Shown here piece after piece: positions 1 to 10,644 of a stretch of DNA of 64,000 nucleotides; the first letter of the stretch is position 1; each line of letters opens with the position of its first letter. A program made the translations under genes and the position numbers. Origin of the DNA: an uncultured Actinomycetota bacterium (GTDB taxonomy: Bacteria > Actinomycetota > Actinomycetes > JAFAQI01); the NCBI GenBank assembly GCA_963770565.1, contig CAVYQE010000002.1, positions 768,001 to 832,000 of the forward strand, written 5' to 3'. Below the pieces are notes generated by a model, which was not told where the DNA came from, did not search any database, and was given only the letters and a program-made list of their open reading frames with translations.

Positions 1-1
1 G

Positions 2-205
2 TCCGACGTACGGCTGGACGACCCCGGCGTCTCGCGCCGGCACGCCGAGCTCCGGTACGCCGACGGCGACGTCGAGCTGATCGACCTCGGCTCGACCAAC
101 GGCGTCTCGGTGAACGGGATCCCGATCGGGCGGACGCTGCTGCAGGACGGAGACCGCATCGACGTGGCCTCGACGACGCTGATCTTCCGGCGCGACGAGG
201 ACTGA
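2..205 (+). CDS. fhaA: FHA-domain protein FhaA, C-terminal part (5' truncated by window)
   Basis: Frame 2 reads SDVRLDDPGVSRRHAELR...DLGSTNGVSVNG...IFRRDED*; FHA motifs SRxH and STNG; lies upstream of fhaB-pstP. Confidence 0.85.
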   Translation, partial: SDVRLDDPGVSRRHAELRYADGDVELIDLGSTNGVSVNGIPIGRTLLQDGDRIDVASTTLIFRRDED

Positions 206-213
206 CGCCGCCG

Positions 214-735
214 GTGCCAGTAGCAGTCGTCTTCCTGCTCCGCGCAGTAGTCCTCGTACTGCTGTGGGGCTTCGTCATCGCCGCGGTCGTCGCGGTCCGC
301 CACGACGTATTCGCCGAGCGGGCCCCGCGCCGCTCGAAACCGGCGGCCGCGCCCGCCGCGCCTGCGCCTCCGGCACCCGCGCCTCCCGCGGTCAAACCGT
401 CCCGAGCGTCGCGGCGCGCGGCGCGCAAGGCCCAGGTCACCGGCGCTGCCCGCGTGACCGTCATCGACGGCCCGCTGGCCGGCACATCGGTCTCACTGTC
501 GTCCCTACCTGTGACGATCGGCCGGGCCAACGACTCGACGATCGTGCTGGGCGGTGACGACTACGTGTCCAACCACCACGCGCGCCTCGTCCCGCAGGGC
601 AACAAGTGGCTGATCGAGGACACCGGCTCCACCAACGGCACCTTCATCGGCGACACCAAGGTCACCACGCCGGTCGTCGTACCGGTCGGCGGCCGGATCC
701 GGATCGGTCGGACCGTGCTGGAGCTTCAGGCATGA
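214..735 (+). CDS. fhaB: FHA-domain membrane protein FhaB/FipA
   Basis: N-terminal TM segment; TIGRA...VSNHHARL...DTGSTNGT FHA motifs; synteny. Confidence 0.9.
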   Translation: MPVAVVFLLRAVVLVLLWGFVIAAVVAVRHDVFAERAPRRSKPAAAPAAPAPPAPAPPAVKPSRASRRAARKAQVTGAARVTVIDGPLAGTSVSLSSLPVTIGRANDSTIVLGGDDYVSNHHARLVPQGNKWLIEDTGSTNGTFIGDTKVTTPVVVPVGGRIRIGRTVLELQA

Positions 736-2012
736 GCCCGCAGCTCCGGGTCGGCGCGCGCAGCGATGTCGGCCTGCACCGGCACAACAACCAGGACTCC
801 CTGTACGCCGGACCGCACCTGGTCGCCGTCGCCGACGGAGTCGGCGGCGCGGCGGGCGGCGAGGTGGCCAGCTCGGTGACGATCACCGCCATCTCCTCGC
901 TCGACACCGACCCGATCACCGACCCGGAGGCCGCTCTGGCCGAAGCGGCCGATCGCGCCGACACCTCGATTCGCGACACCATCGCCAGAGACCCATCGCT
1001 GGCCGGTATGAGCACGACGCTGACCGCGATCCTCTCGACCGCCGACGCGCTGACGCTCGCTCACATCGGCGACTCCCGGGCCTACCGGCTGCGCGACGGC
1101 GCTTTGATCCAGCTCAGCCACGACCACACCCTCGTGCAGTCGCTGATCGACGAGGGCGAGATCACCGAGGAAGAAGCACTGACCCACCCACGGCGGTCGT
1201 GGATCACCCGCTCGCTCGACGGCCGCGGCCTGCCCGAGATCGACCTGATCACCCTCGACGTCCAGCCCGGAGACCGCTTCCTGGTCTGTAGCGACGGCTT
1301 GTCGAGCTACGTGAGCGAGGCGGACATCGCGGCCGCGATGGCCGACGGCGACCCGCAACAGGCCGCGGACCGGCTCACCGACCTCGCCCTCGCCGCCGGC
1401 GGTCCCGACAACATCACCTGCGTCGTCGCCGACCCGGTCGACACCGACCAGGCCGGTCAGCCGCCGATCGTCGGTGGCGCGGTCACCGAGCCGCCGGCCG
1501 AGCGACCGCCCGCCGCCCCGGCTGCGAGCCCGCCGCCCGAGACCCCACCCACGCCGCCATCGGCGGACGTCGGCCCGGGGCCACGCAGCATCGCTCGTCG
1601 CCTCGCCGCGGTCACGGCTGTCGTCGTGCTCCTGGTCGCGGCCGCCGTCGTCGGCGTCGCGGTCTACATCCGCCACCAGTGGTACGTCGCTCCGGCGAAC
1701 GGTCAGGTCGCGGTCTATCAAGGCGTGCAGGGCAGCGCCGCCGGGATCCAGCTGTCCCACCTGCACGTGCGGACCAACCTGCCGGTCACCGCCCTCCCCC
1801 AGGACGACCGCGATCGGGTCGCGAGCGGGATCCAGGCCACCGGCAAGTCCAACGCCACCGAGGTCGTGAACAACCTGCGCAGCCAGGCCTGCGCCTTGGC
1901 GACCGCGACGCCGACCATCGCGCCGAGCCCGACCCCGACCGCGACCACCAAGAAGCACCCGGCGCCGAAACCGACCCCGACGCCGACCTGGTGCGCCGGG
2001 ATCACGCCATGA
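732..2012 (+). CDS. pstP: PP2C-family Ser/Thr phosphatase
   Basis: VADGVGG, HIGDSRAY, CSDGL, GGPDNIT motifs; TM and Pro-rich tail; ATGA overlap with fhaB stop sets start at 732. Confidence 0.93.
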   Translation: MSPQLRVGARSDVGLHRHNNQDSLYAGPHLVAVADGVGGAAGGEVASSVTITAISSLDTDPITDPEAALAEAADRADTSIRDTIARDPSLAGMSTTLTAILSTADALTLAHIGDSRAYRLRDGALIQLSHDHTLVQSLIDEGEITEEEALTHPRRSWITRSLDGRGLPEIDLITLDVQPGDRFLVCSDGLSSYVSEADIAAAMADGDPQQAADRLTDLALAAGGPDNITCVVADPVDTDQAGQPPIVGGAVTEPPAERPPAAPAASPPPETPPTPPSADVGPGPRSIARRLAAVTAVVVLLVAAAVVGVAVYIRHQWYVAPANGQVAVYQGVQGSAAGIQLSHLHVRTNLPVTALPQDDRDRVASGIQATGKSNATEVVNNLRSQACALATATPTIAPSPTPTATTKKHPAPKPTPTPTWCAGITP

Positions 2013-3415
2013 GTGCGATTGCGGCGCCGGCGGGGTCCGGCGAGACCCGGCACGGCACCGAGCTGACCCTGGTGCTGTTCGCGGTGGTCCTGACGCTGGT
2101 CTGCTTCACCTCGGTCAGCGCCGCCTACACTGACGCACTGCCCAGCGGCCTGCTCGAGGACGGCATCGGCTTCGCGGCGCTCGCCGTTGCCGCGCACCTG
2201 GCGGTTCGCTGGCTGGCGCCGTACGCCGATCCGGTCCTGTTGCCCGCCGCGATCGCCCTCAACGGGATCGGGCTGGTGTTGATCCACCGCCTGGATCTCG
2301 CCGCCGCCAGCCGGGCGCACGCAGCCGGGCAGTCGGCAGGCACCGCGGACGCTCCGCTTCAGCTGGTCTGGACGGTCATCGGCATCGTCGCGTTCGTCGG
2401 CGTGCTCGCCGTTATCCGCGACCACCGTCGGCTTGAGTCGCTGACCTACACGGCGATGGTGGTCGGGCTGCTGTTGCTCGTGCTGCCCGCGCTGCTGCCG
2501 GCCAGCCACAGCACGGTGAACGGCGCCCGGATCTGGATCAGGTTCGGCGGCTTCTCCTTCCAACCGGGCGAGATCGCCAAGCTCGCCCTCGAGGTCTTCT
2601 TCGCCGGCTATCTGGTGCGCAAGCGAGACGTGCTCGCGCTCGCCGGTCGGCGGGTGCTCGGCCTGACCTTGCCACGGGCTCGCGACCTCGGGCCGGTGCT
2701 GGTCGCTTGGGCCGCGAGCCTTCTCATCCTGACCCGCGAGAGCGACCTGGGGTCGAGCCTGCTGTTCTTCGGCATCTTTGTCTCGATGCTCTATATCGCG
2801 ACCAGCCGGCGGTCGTGGCTGCTGATCGGCCTGGTGCTGTTCGTCGCGGGCTCGCTCGCCGCCGACCACTACGTCGCCCACGTGCACGAGCGCGTCCAGA
2901 TCTGGCTGCACCCGCTCGACCCGGCGACCATCACCAACCAGAGCTACCAACTGGCCCAAGGGCTGTTCGGCCAGGCGACCGGCGGGATCTTCGGCACCGG
3001 GCTCGGCCAGGGCCGGCCCGATCTCGTGCCGTTCGCCAACACCGACTTCATTGCCTCGACCATCGGCGAGGAGCTGGGGCTGGCCGGCCTCATGGCGATC
3101 CTGACGATCTACCTTCTGATCGTCATGCGTGGCCTGAGCGCCGCGATTCGCACCCGCGACGACTTCGGCAAGCTACTCGGCGCCGGGCTCGCGTTCGGCT
3201 TCGCTCTGCAGGTCTTCGTCCAGGTCGGCGGAGTCACCCGGCTGATCCCGCTGACCGGGCTGACTCTGCCGTTCCTCTCCTACGGCGGGTCGAGCCTGAT
3301 CTCCAACTGGATCCTGCTCGCCCTTCTGTTGCGGATCAGCGACGCCTCCCGGCGGCCCGCGCCGGAGCTCCCGGCGATCCCGGACGAGTCGGCCACGATG
3401 GTGATCCGCCGGTGA
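2009..3415 (+). CDS. rodA: SEDS peptidoglycan polymerase RodA
   Basis: Multi-TM; FQPGEIAK, ESDLG, LIPLTGLTLPFLSYGGSS; ATG at 2009 overlaps pstP stop. Confidence 0.93.
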   Translation: MSAIAAPAGSGETRHGTELTLVLFAVVLTLVCFTSVSAAYTDALPSGLLEDGIGFAALAVAAHLAVRWLAPYADPVLLPAAIALNGIGLVLIHRLDLAAASRAHAAGQSAGTADAPLQLVWTVIGIVAFVGVLAVIRDHRRLESLTYTAMVVGLLLLVLPALLPASHSTVNGARIWIRFGGFSFQPGEIAKLALEVFFAGYLVRKRDVLALAGRRVLGLTLPRARDLGPVLVAWAASLLILTRESDLGSSLLFFGIFVSMLYIATSRRSWLLIGLVLFVAGSLAADHYVAHVHERVQIWLHPLDPATITNQSYQLAQGLFGQATGGIFGTGLGQGRPDLVPFANTDFIASTIGEELGLAGLMAILTIYLLIVMRGLSAAIRTRDDFGKLLGAGLAFGFALQVFVQVGGVTRLIPLTGLTLPFLSYGGSSLISNWILLALLLRISDASRRPAPELPAIPDESATMVIRR

Positions 3416-4872
3416 ACCGGCAGCTGCGGCACGTCGCGATCGCGGCGCTGCTGATGTTCGCGGCGCTGCTGATCAACAGCAACGTCGTACAGGTCGTGCA
3501 GGCCTCATCGCTCCGGGCGAACCCACACAACGTCCGCGTGCTCTACAGCGAATACAGCGACCACCGCGGGCCGATCGAGGTCGCCGGCAAGGACATCGCG
3601 CGGTCGGTCGCCACCCACGACTCGCTCAAGTACCTCCGCACCTACCCCGGCGGAGCGGCGTACGCGCCCGTCACCGGCTACTACTCGCTGGTCATCGGCG
3701 CCTCCGGGATCGAGCAGGCCGAGGACAAGGTGCTCGCCGGCACCGACAACAAGCTGTTCTTCAAGCGGCTCTCGGACGAGATCACCGGCCGCACCCCGCA
3801 GGGCGGCTCGGTGATCCTCACCCTGAACCCCAAAGCGCAGCAGGCGGCGTACCGCGGGCTGCACGGCGTGCGCGGCGCGGTGGTCGCGCTCGACCCGTCG
3901 ACCGGAGCGATCCTGGCGCTCGCGACCTCGCCGTCCTACGACCCGTCGACGCTCTCGACGCACAACTCGGCCCAGATCAACCGGGCCTACCACCAGCTCC
4001 TTCGCGCGCCGGGCAACCCGCTCATCGACCGTGCCACCAGCGAGACCTATCCGCCCGGGTCGCTGTTCAAGATCGTGACCGCATCCGCGGCGTTCTCGAG
4101 CGGGAAGTTCACTCCGAACACCGTCGTGCCGGCGCCGACCGAGCTCAAACTGCCGCTGACCGACGTGTTCCTGCACAACTTCGGCGGTGAGAGCTGCGGC
4201 AACGGCTCGACCGACACCGTCTCCGACGCGTTCCGGATCTCGTGCAACACCGCCTTCGCCGGGATCGGCCTGAAGGTCGGGATCCACGACCTCGCCGCGC
4301 AGGCGAAGGCGTTCGGGATCGGCTCGTCGGTCAACATCCCGCTTCCGGTCGCGGCCAGCCAGTTCAACTCGACCGCCAACCCGCCGAACACCGCGCTGTC
4401 CGCGATCGGCCAGTACGACGACGCCCTCACCCCGCTTCAGGCCGCCATGATCGGCGCCGCGATCGCGAACCACGGGGTCGAGATGGCGCCCTACCTGGTC
4501 GCCCAAACTCAGGGGCCGGACGCCTCGGTGCTCTCCCGCGCCCACCCGCATGAGCTGCGCCGTGCGGTCAGCCCGGCGGTGGCGACCGACGTCACCAACA
4601 TGATGGAGCTGGTGGTGCAGAGCGGCACCGGCGTCGCGGCCCAGATCCCGGGCATCGAGGTGGCCGGCAAGACCGGTACGGCCCAGCACGGTACGGCGTC
4701 ACAGCACCTGCCGCCGCATGCATGGTTTGTCGCCTTCGCCCCCGCAAAGCATCCGACGATCGCGGTCGCGGTGCTGGTCGAGGACGGTGGCAGCCTCGGC
4801 AGCGACGCGACCGGCGGCGCGGTGGCCGCGCCGATCGCCCGCTCAGTGATGTGCGCGGTGCTCGGATGTTGA
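3412..4872 (+). CDS. pbpA: Class B penicillin-binding protein PbpA
   Basis: PGSLFK (SxxK), SCN (SxN), KTG motifs; GTG at 3412 overlaps rodA stop. Confidence 0.93.
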   Translation: MNRQLRHVAIAALLMFAALLINSNVVQVVQASSLRANPHNVRVLYSEYSDHRGPIEVAGKDIARSVATHDSLKYLRTYPGGAAYAPVTGYYSLVIGASGIEQAEDKVLAGTDNKLFFKRLSDEITGRTPQGGSVILTLNPKAQQAAYRGLHGVRGAVVALDPSTGAILALATSPSYDPSTLSTHNSAQINRAYHQLLRAPGNPLIDRATSETYPPGSLFKIVTASAAFSSGKFTPNTVVPAPTELKLPLTDVFLHNFGGESCGNGSTDTVSDAFRISCNTAFAGIGLKVGIHDLAAQAKAFGIGSSVNIPLPVAASQFNSTANPPNTALSAIGQYDDALTPLQAAMIGAAIANHGVEMAPYLVAQTQGPDASVLSRAHPHELRRAVSPAVATDVTNMMELVVQSGTGVAAQIPGIEVAGKTGTAQHGTASQHLPPHAWFVAFAPAKHPTIAVAVLVEDGGSLGSDATGGAVAAPIARSVMCAVLGC

Positions 4873-4986
4873 GGTCGAGCCCGGTGGGCCGGCCGGGCCA
4901 CGGTGGTCGGCGCGAGCCGATGTCACGGTCAATCACGCACGCTCCGGTTACCGTTTTGACCGTGGCCTTCCCCGTTGGTGGCGTCG

Positions 4987-6696
4987 ATGCCTGACGGGCC
5001 ACAGTTGCTCGCCGATCGCTACGAGATCGGCGACGTCATCGGGCACGGCGGGATGGCCGAGGTCCACCGCGGCCGCGACATCCGGCTCGGCCGCGACGTC
5101 GCGATCAAGGTGCTCCGCAAGGACCTGAGCCGCGATCCCGGCCTCGAAGGCAGGTTCCGTCGCGAGGCGCAATCCGCCGCCTCACTCAACTCGCCGTCGA
5201 TCGTCGCCGTCTACGACACCGGCGAGGGCGTGATCGACGGCGTGGCGACGCCGTACATCGTCATGGAGTACGTCGACGGCCAGACCCTGCGGCAGGTGCT
5301 GAGCACTGAGGGCCGGCTCCTGCCCCAGCGGGCGCTCGAGATCACCGCCGCGGTGTGTACCGCGCTCGAGCAGGCGCACGCGGCCGGCATCGTGCATCGC
5401 GACATCAAGCCGGGCAACGTCATGTTGACCGCGACCGGCGAGGTCAAGGTGATGGACTTCGGGATCGCGCGGGCGCTGACCGCCTCGTCGGCCACCATGA
5501 CGCAGACTGCGGCGGTCGTCGGCACTGCGCACTACCTCTCGCCCGAGCAGGCGCGAGGCGAGCATGTCGATGCGCGCAGCGACGTCTACTCGACCGGGTG
5601 CCTGCTCTACGAGCTGCTCACCGGCGCGCCGCCATTCACCGGCGAGACCGCAGTTTCCGTTGCGTACCAGCATGTTCGCGAGGACCCGACGCCACCGTCG
5701 TCGGTCGAGTCCGATGTGCCGCCGGGTGTCGACGCGATCGTGCTTGTTGCGATGGCGAAGAACCCGGTCAACCGGTACGGATCGGCCGCTGAGATGCGAG
5801 CGGACATCGAGCGCGCCCTGGCCGGCCGGCCGGTGCTCGCGACACCGGTCGCCCGCAACGACGAGACGATGATCACCTCGGTCCCGCCGACGACGGTGCT
5901 GATGCGCGATCCGCCGCAACGCAAGCGGGGTTTTGCATACGCACTTCTCGCGATCGCCACCCTCGGGGTCTTTGTCGTCGCGCTGGTCGCGGCCCGAAGC
6001 CTGCTCGCGACCTCGACGGCGGACCTCAACACCCCCAATGTGCTGCATCAGTCGCTCGGGGACGCCGAATCGACCCTGACCGCGCAGGGCCTGGTCGTCG
6101 GCACGATCACCCGCAAGTACACCGGCAAGGACGACGGCGACGAGATTATCGGGCAGAACCCGCCGGCCGGCATCTTCCTGCGCAAGGGCCAGGCCGTCGA
6201 CCTGACCGTCTCGCTCGGCATCCGGATGGTCCCCGTACCGATCGGTCTGCGCGGCTTGACGCTGTCAGATGCAAAGGCGGCCCTGCTCGCGGCGGACCTG
6301 CAGCTCGGCACGATCATTCCGCGCAACTCCAGCGCGCCGGCCAATCAGGTGCTCGGTAGCCGGCCGAAGGCCGGTACGTCGATCGCGGCCGGCTCGACGG
6401 TTGATCTGATCGTTTCGAACTCCCGGATCAAGGTGCCCGACGTGGTCGGCAAGGACGCCGCAACGGCCACCTCGATCCTGCAGGAGTTCGGCTTCAACCC
6501 GGTGCTGCGCCGGTCCGCGGTGTTCACCCCGGGCGAGCTGGGCAAGGTGGTTAGCCAGTCGCCCACCAGCCAGGCCTTCGCCGCCACCGGATCGAACGTG
6601 ATCATCTACATCGACCGCAGGCCGCCGCCGAGCAGCCCGCCGCCGTCAAGCAGTCCCCCGACGTCAAGCAGCCCACCCCCGACCGGCTCGCCCTAA
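4987..6696 (+). CDS. pknB: PASTA-domain Ser/Thr kinase PknB
   Basis: GHGGMAEV, VAIK, HRDIKPGN, DFG, SPEQ; TM then about three PASTA repeats. Confidence 0.93.
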   Translation: MPDGPQLLADRYEIGDVIGHGGMAEVHRGRDIRLGRDVAIKVLRKDLSRDPGLEGRFRREAQSAASLNSPSIVAVYDTGEGVIDGVATPYIVMEYVDGQTLRQVLSTEGRLLPQRALEITAAVCTALEQAHAAGIVHRDIKPGNVMLTATGEVKVMDFGIARALTASSATMTQTAAVVGTAHYLSPEQARGEHVDARSDVYSTGCLLYELLTGAPPFTGETAVSVAYQHVREDPTPPSSVESDVPPGVDAIVLVAMAKNPVNRYGSAAEMRADIERALAGRPVLATPVARNDETMITSVPPTTVLMRDPPQRKRGFAYALLAIATLGVFVVALVAARSLLATSTADLNTPNVLHQSLGDAESTLTAQGLVVGTITRKYTGKDDGDEIIGQNPPAGIFLRKGQAVDLTVSLGIRMVPVPIGLRGLTLSDAKAALLAADLQLGTIIPRNSSAPANQVLGSRPKAGTSIAAGSTVDLIVSNSRIKVPDVVGKDAATATSILQEFGFNPVLRRSAVFTPGELGKVVSQSPTSQAFAATGSNVIIYIDRRPPPSSPPPSSSPPTSSSPPPTGSP

Positions 6697-6814
6697 CCGG
6701 TTCGTGAGTCGTTACGAGTAGCGGGGTACTGCGGGTTCACAGGTAGGTGGCGACTCCTGCCAACTGGGGTCTATGGTGCCTCGCATACGGGGAGCCCATG
6801 GGGAGATCACCTTG

Positions 6815-8263
6815 ATGAACACTGGCCCAGCACGCCGCCGTGTCCGCCTCGCGATCGTCGCAACCGCCTCCCTCGCGACCGCGGCCGCACTCGCCGTTCC
6901 GAGCGCGACCGCCGCCGGCGGCGCCAAGTGGACAGTGATCTCCTCCGGCAACATCAACATCACCGTCGAGACGCCCTCAATCGCGAAGTTCGGCTCCACC
7001 TACGAAACAGTCTGGACCGCGAAGGTCGGAGCTAAGTACCAGTTGCAGGCTCGGATCCTCAACGCGGCCGGCAAGCCGCTCGGCAGCGTCATCAACGTGC
7101 TCGCCACGACCTGGACAGAGATCACCGGCGACCCAACGATCTTCGCCCTCGGCTCCACCCGATACATCGCGTTCAACGGCGACGAGAGCGCGACCGGCAC
7201 CTACTCACTCGGCATGGAGGACTACGCCACCAGCACGGACGGTACGCACTGGGCCCTCGGCCCGGGAAGCATGTCGAATACCGAGCTGGCGGCCCAGGCG
7301 GCCGGCGTCGCGGTGATCCCGAACGGCGGTACGCCGATCACCGCGATGGCGCTCGGCAACCCGGGCGTGATCTACCACCTCGGCATCGACCCGAACCACC
7401 GCCCGGCGTCCGCGCCCGATGTTGACGCCGCCCACATGAACTTCACCGACTACACCGGGCTCGGCCGCGACGCCAAGAGCGGCGCGGTGTGGGCGCTGTG
7501 GGCTTCCGGCGACGGCACCCACCACAAAGACGGTGTCTGGGCCCAGCGGATCCTGCCGGGCCCCCAGGGCACCCCGATCCACGCGCCGGGCTCCTACGCG
7601 AGCGGCGGCGCCACGTCGTACGGTCCCGAGCAGGACGTCAGCGCAGCCGCGCGGGCCGGTGGCGGGATCTACACGGCGTACGTCACCTCGGCGAACAAGT
7701 CGGTCGACGTCTGGAAAGTCGGCGCGAAGAGCCCGTTCGCCACGTTCAAGGACGGGCAGGGCCCCTCCGACGTCATCGTCACCCCGGGCCCGGGCGGGCG
7801 GATCTGGGTCTACTGGCGGGACGGCTCGGCCTGGCACGCGGCCCGCAGCAACAAGGCCGCGACCCGTTTCGGCCCGACGTCGTCCATCGGCACGCCAAAG
7901 AACGACTTCTCCAACCTCGAAATCGCCGGGGTCGGGTCGGCTGGGCCGCTCGAGGCGATCGGGCTGCTGACGACGGCGACGAACGTCAACGAGGTCGTCG
8001 AGCACCAGTTCCTGCCGCGGCTCACGATCAAGCTCTCAGCACAGTCGGTCAAGCGGGGTCACTCGTTCACGATCCAGGTCACCGACGCGGGCGACCCGGT
8101 GAAGGGCGCGACCGTGCACTTCGGATCGACCAAGAAGAAGACCAACAGCAAGGGCAAGGTCACCTTCAAGGTCCCGCACAGCACCTCGACCGGGAAACAC
8201 TCGGTCACCCTCACGATGAGTGGCTACGCCGTTGCGAGCACCAAGATCACCGTCACGAGCTGA
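6815..8263 (+). CDS. Secreted hypothetical protein with C-terminal Ig-like/carboxypeptidase-regulatory-like domain
   Basis: Arg-rich then hydrophobic signal peptide (RRRVRLAIVATASLATAAALAVPSATA); beta-rich body; C-terminal VTDAGDPVKGATV...TNSKGKVTF; host-like codon usage. Confidence 0.7.
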   Translation: MNTGPARRRVRLAIVATASLATAAALAVPSATAAGGAKWTVISSGNINITVETPSIAKFGSTYETVWTAKVGAKYQLQARILNAAGKPLGSVINVLATTWTEITGDPTIFALGSTRYIAFNGDESATGTYSLGMEDYATSTDGTHWALGPGSMSNTELAAQAAGVAVIPNGGTPITAMALGNPGVIYHLGIDPNHRPASAPDVDAAHMNFTDYTGLGRDAKSGAVWALWASGDGTHHKDGVWAQRILPGPQGTPIHAPGSYASGGATSYGPEQDVSAAARAGGGIYTAYVTSANKSVDVWKVGAKSPFATFKDGQGPSDVIVTPGPGGRIWVYWRDGSAWHAARSNKAATRFGPTSSIGTPKNDFSNLEIAGVGSAGPLEAIGLLTTATNVNEVVEHQFLPRLTIKLSAQSVKRGHSFTIQVTDAGDPVKGATVHFGSTKKKTNSKGKVTFKVPHSTSTGKHSVTLTMSGYAVASTKITVTS

Positions 8264-8275
8264 CCGCGTACCGGC

Positions 8276-8920
8276 TCAGCTGACGTTGCTGCGCTGCCGC
8301 TCGACCCGCTCGGCGAGAGCGGGGACGAGGGCGAGCGCGGACGGGTCACCGCAGATGGCCAGCCAGTTGGCCAGCATCTGGTGCCCGCCCTGGGTCAGCA
8401 CGGACTCGGGGTGGAACTGCACGCCTTCGACCGGGAAGTCGCGGTGGCGCAGGCCCATGATCACGCCACCTGCGGTCCATGCGGTCACCTCGAGCTCGGC
8501 CGGAAGGTCCTCGTCGACTGCGGCGAGCGAGTGGTAGCGGGTCGCGATGAACGGGTTCGGCAGGCCGGCCAGCACGCCGACGCCTTTGTGTTGGACCTCG
8601 CTCGTCTTGCCGTGCAGCAGTTCGGGCGCGTGCGTGACCGAGCCGCCGTAGGCGACCGCGATCGCCTGGTGGCCAAGACACACCCCGAGGATCGGGGTCC
8701 GCTCCCCAATCGCTCGGATCAGCTCGACGCACACGCCGGCGTCCTCGGGCCGTCCCGGCCCCGGCGACAGCAACACCCCGTCGGCCTCGGTCACCAGCGG
8801 GTCGTCGACCGACACCGCGTCGTTGCGCCGGACGTCGACGTCGGCGCCGAGCTGCGCGAGATAGTGCACCAGGTTGAACACGAAGCTGTCGTAGTTGTCC
8901 ACGACCAGCACCCTCGTCAC
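8276..8920 (-). CDS. trpG: Anthranilate/aminodeoxychorismate synthase glutamine amidotransferase subunit
   Basis: VVDNYDSF, SPGPGRP, GVCLGHQ, GVQFHPES. Confidence 0.93.
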   Translation of the reverse strand: MTRVLVVDNYDSFVFNLVHYLAQLGADVDVRRNDAVSVDDPLVTEADGVLLSPGPGRPEDAGVCVELIRAIGERTPILGVCLGHQAIAVAYGGSVTHAPELLHGKTSEVQHKGVGVLAGLPNPFIATRYHSLAAVDEDLPAELEVTAWTAGGVIMGLRHRDFPVEGVQFHPESVLTQGGHQMLANWLAICGDPSALALVPALAERVERQRSNVS

Positions 8921-10644
8921 GTCGCCTCACCCTTCTCGAGCTCCTCGGCGAGCAACATCCGCCGCAGCGCCTTTCCCACCACGGTATGCGGCAGCTCCGA
9001 CCGGAACTCGACCCGCTTCGGCACCTTGTACGCCGTCAGCGCCGCCGAGCAGTGCGCCAGAACCTCATCCTCGGTCACCGTGCCCGGGGGCGCCACCACA
9101 TAAGCCTTCACGGTCTCCCCGCGGTAGCGGTCGGGCACCCCGATCACGCAGCAGTCGGTGACCCCGGGGATGGCGAGGATCACCTGCTCGACCTCGGCCG
9201 GGTAGATGTTGAACCCGCCCGCGATGATCAGGTCCTTCTTGCGGTCGACGATGGTGAACCAGCCGGCGTCGTCCATGTAGCCGAGGTCACCGGTGAGCAG
9301 CCAGCCGTCCGCAGTGAGGACGTCCGGCTCGCCGGTGTCGCCCCAGTAACCGAGGAATACCTGCGGACCCTTGACCGCCAGCTCGCCGGTTTCCCCGACC
9401 GGCATCAGCCGGCCCGGGTCCTCGGGGTCCACGATCCGGGCCAGCGTGCCGGTCAGCGGCAGCCCGACCGACCCGGGCTTGCGCGGCCCGACCAGCGGGG
9501 CACAGTGCGTCGCGGGCGACGCCTCGGTCATGCCGTAGCCCTCGACCAGGCGGCCTCCGGTCACCCGCTCGAACCGGTCCTGGGTGTCGTGCGAGAGCTT
9601 CATCGCGCCCGACACGCAGACCCGGATCGACTTCAGCTCGTGCCGGCGGATCCGCGGCGAGTCGACCAGCGCCTGGTAGATCGGCGGCACCCCGGGGAAG
9701 AGAGTCGGCCGCTCCTCGTCGATCACGGCGAACACCGCATCGAGGTCAAACCTCGGGACCAGGACGAGCCGGCCGGCGAGCAGGACGGTGGTCAGCATGC
9801 ACAGCGTCAGGCCGTACACGTGGAACAGCGGCAGCACGGCGAGGGTCACCTCACGCCCCGGCATCGCATCCGGCATCCACAGCCGCATCTGGTAGCTGTT
9901 CGCGACCAGGTTCGCGTGCGACAGCATCGCCGCCTTGGGCTCCCCCGTGGTCCCGCCGGTGTATTGCAGGACGGCGACGTCCCCGGCCGGGTCGATCGGT
10001 GCCTGGGGTGCGGGCCGGCCCGCGCGAATCAAGGTCCGGAACCGGACCACCGCCGGGTCGTCGGGCACCTCGGCGACCAAGCGCGCCTTGCGCGCCCGGA
10101 TGCTCGGCAGCGGCACGTGCAACCGGCCCCGGGCCGACGGCGACAGGGAGTCGACCAACGAGGTCACCACGACGGTCCGCAACGAGGTCTCGCGGCGTAC
10201 TCCCAAGACGGTCGAGGCCACCCGATCCAGGCAGACCACGGCGATCGCGCCCGAGTCGCTCAGCTGGGCCCGCAGCTCGTCCGCGCTGGCGACCGGGTTG
10301 CACGGTACGACGGTGCCGCCGAGCCGGAGCACGGCGAAGAACGCGATGATGTACTGCGGGCAGTTCGGCAGCACGATGGCCACCCGCTCGCCGGGTCCGA
10401 CGCCGAGGCCGGCCAGCCCGCCGGCAAGCCGGTCGACGGCGTCGCGCAGCGCCCGGTAGGTCATCCGGCTGCCGACCGAGGCAACGGCGAACGTCGAGAT
10501 CGCCACCGTCCCCGGGAAGGCTTGCGCGGCATCGTCGAGCAGCCGGGTCAGGGGCACCTGCGGGAAGTCGTGGTCGGCCGGCACGTCCGGCGGGTAGGCC
10601 GCGAGCCAGGGGCGATCGTCGTACCCGGCCACGGTCGTGATCAT
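8917..10644 (-). CDS. Long-chain fatty acid-CoA ligase (AMP-binding family)
   Basis: YTGGTTGEPK, GYGMTEASP, TGDLG, DRKKD, GK adenylation motifs. Confidence 0.9.
   Translation of the reverse strand: MITTVAGYDDRPWLAAYPPDVPADHDFPQVPLTRLLDDAAQAFPGTVAISTFAVASVGSRMTYRALRDAVDRLAGGLAGLGVGPGERVAIVLPNCPQYIIAFFAVLRLGGTVVPCNPVASADELRAQLSDSGAIAVVCLDRVASTVLGVRRETSLRTVVVTSLVDSLSPSARGRLHVPLPSIRARKARLVAEVPDDPAVVRFRTLIRAGRPAPQAPIDPAGDVAVLQYTGGTTGEPKAAMLSHANLVANSYQMRLWMPDAMPGREVTLAVLPLFHVYGLTLCMLTTVLLAGRLVLVPRFDLDAVFAVIDEERPTLFPGVPPIYQALVDSPRIRRHELKSIRVCVSGAMKLSHDTQDRFERVTGGRLVEGYGMTEASPATHCAPLVGPRKPGSVGLPLTGTLARIVDPEDPGRLMPVGETGELAVKGPQVFLGYWGDTGEPDVLTADGWLLTGDLGYMDDAGWFTIVDRKKDLIIAGGFNIYPAEVEQVILAIPGVTDCCVIGVPDRYRGETVKAYVVAPPGTVTEDEVLAHCSAALTAYKVPKRVEFRSELPHTVVGKALRRMLLAEELEKGEAT

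Noticed and set aside
4872-4987. No pknA between pbpA and pknB
   Set aside because: A single kinase at this locus is also seen in other actinomycetes such as Streptomyces
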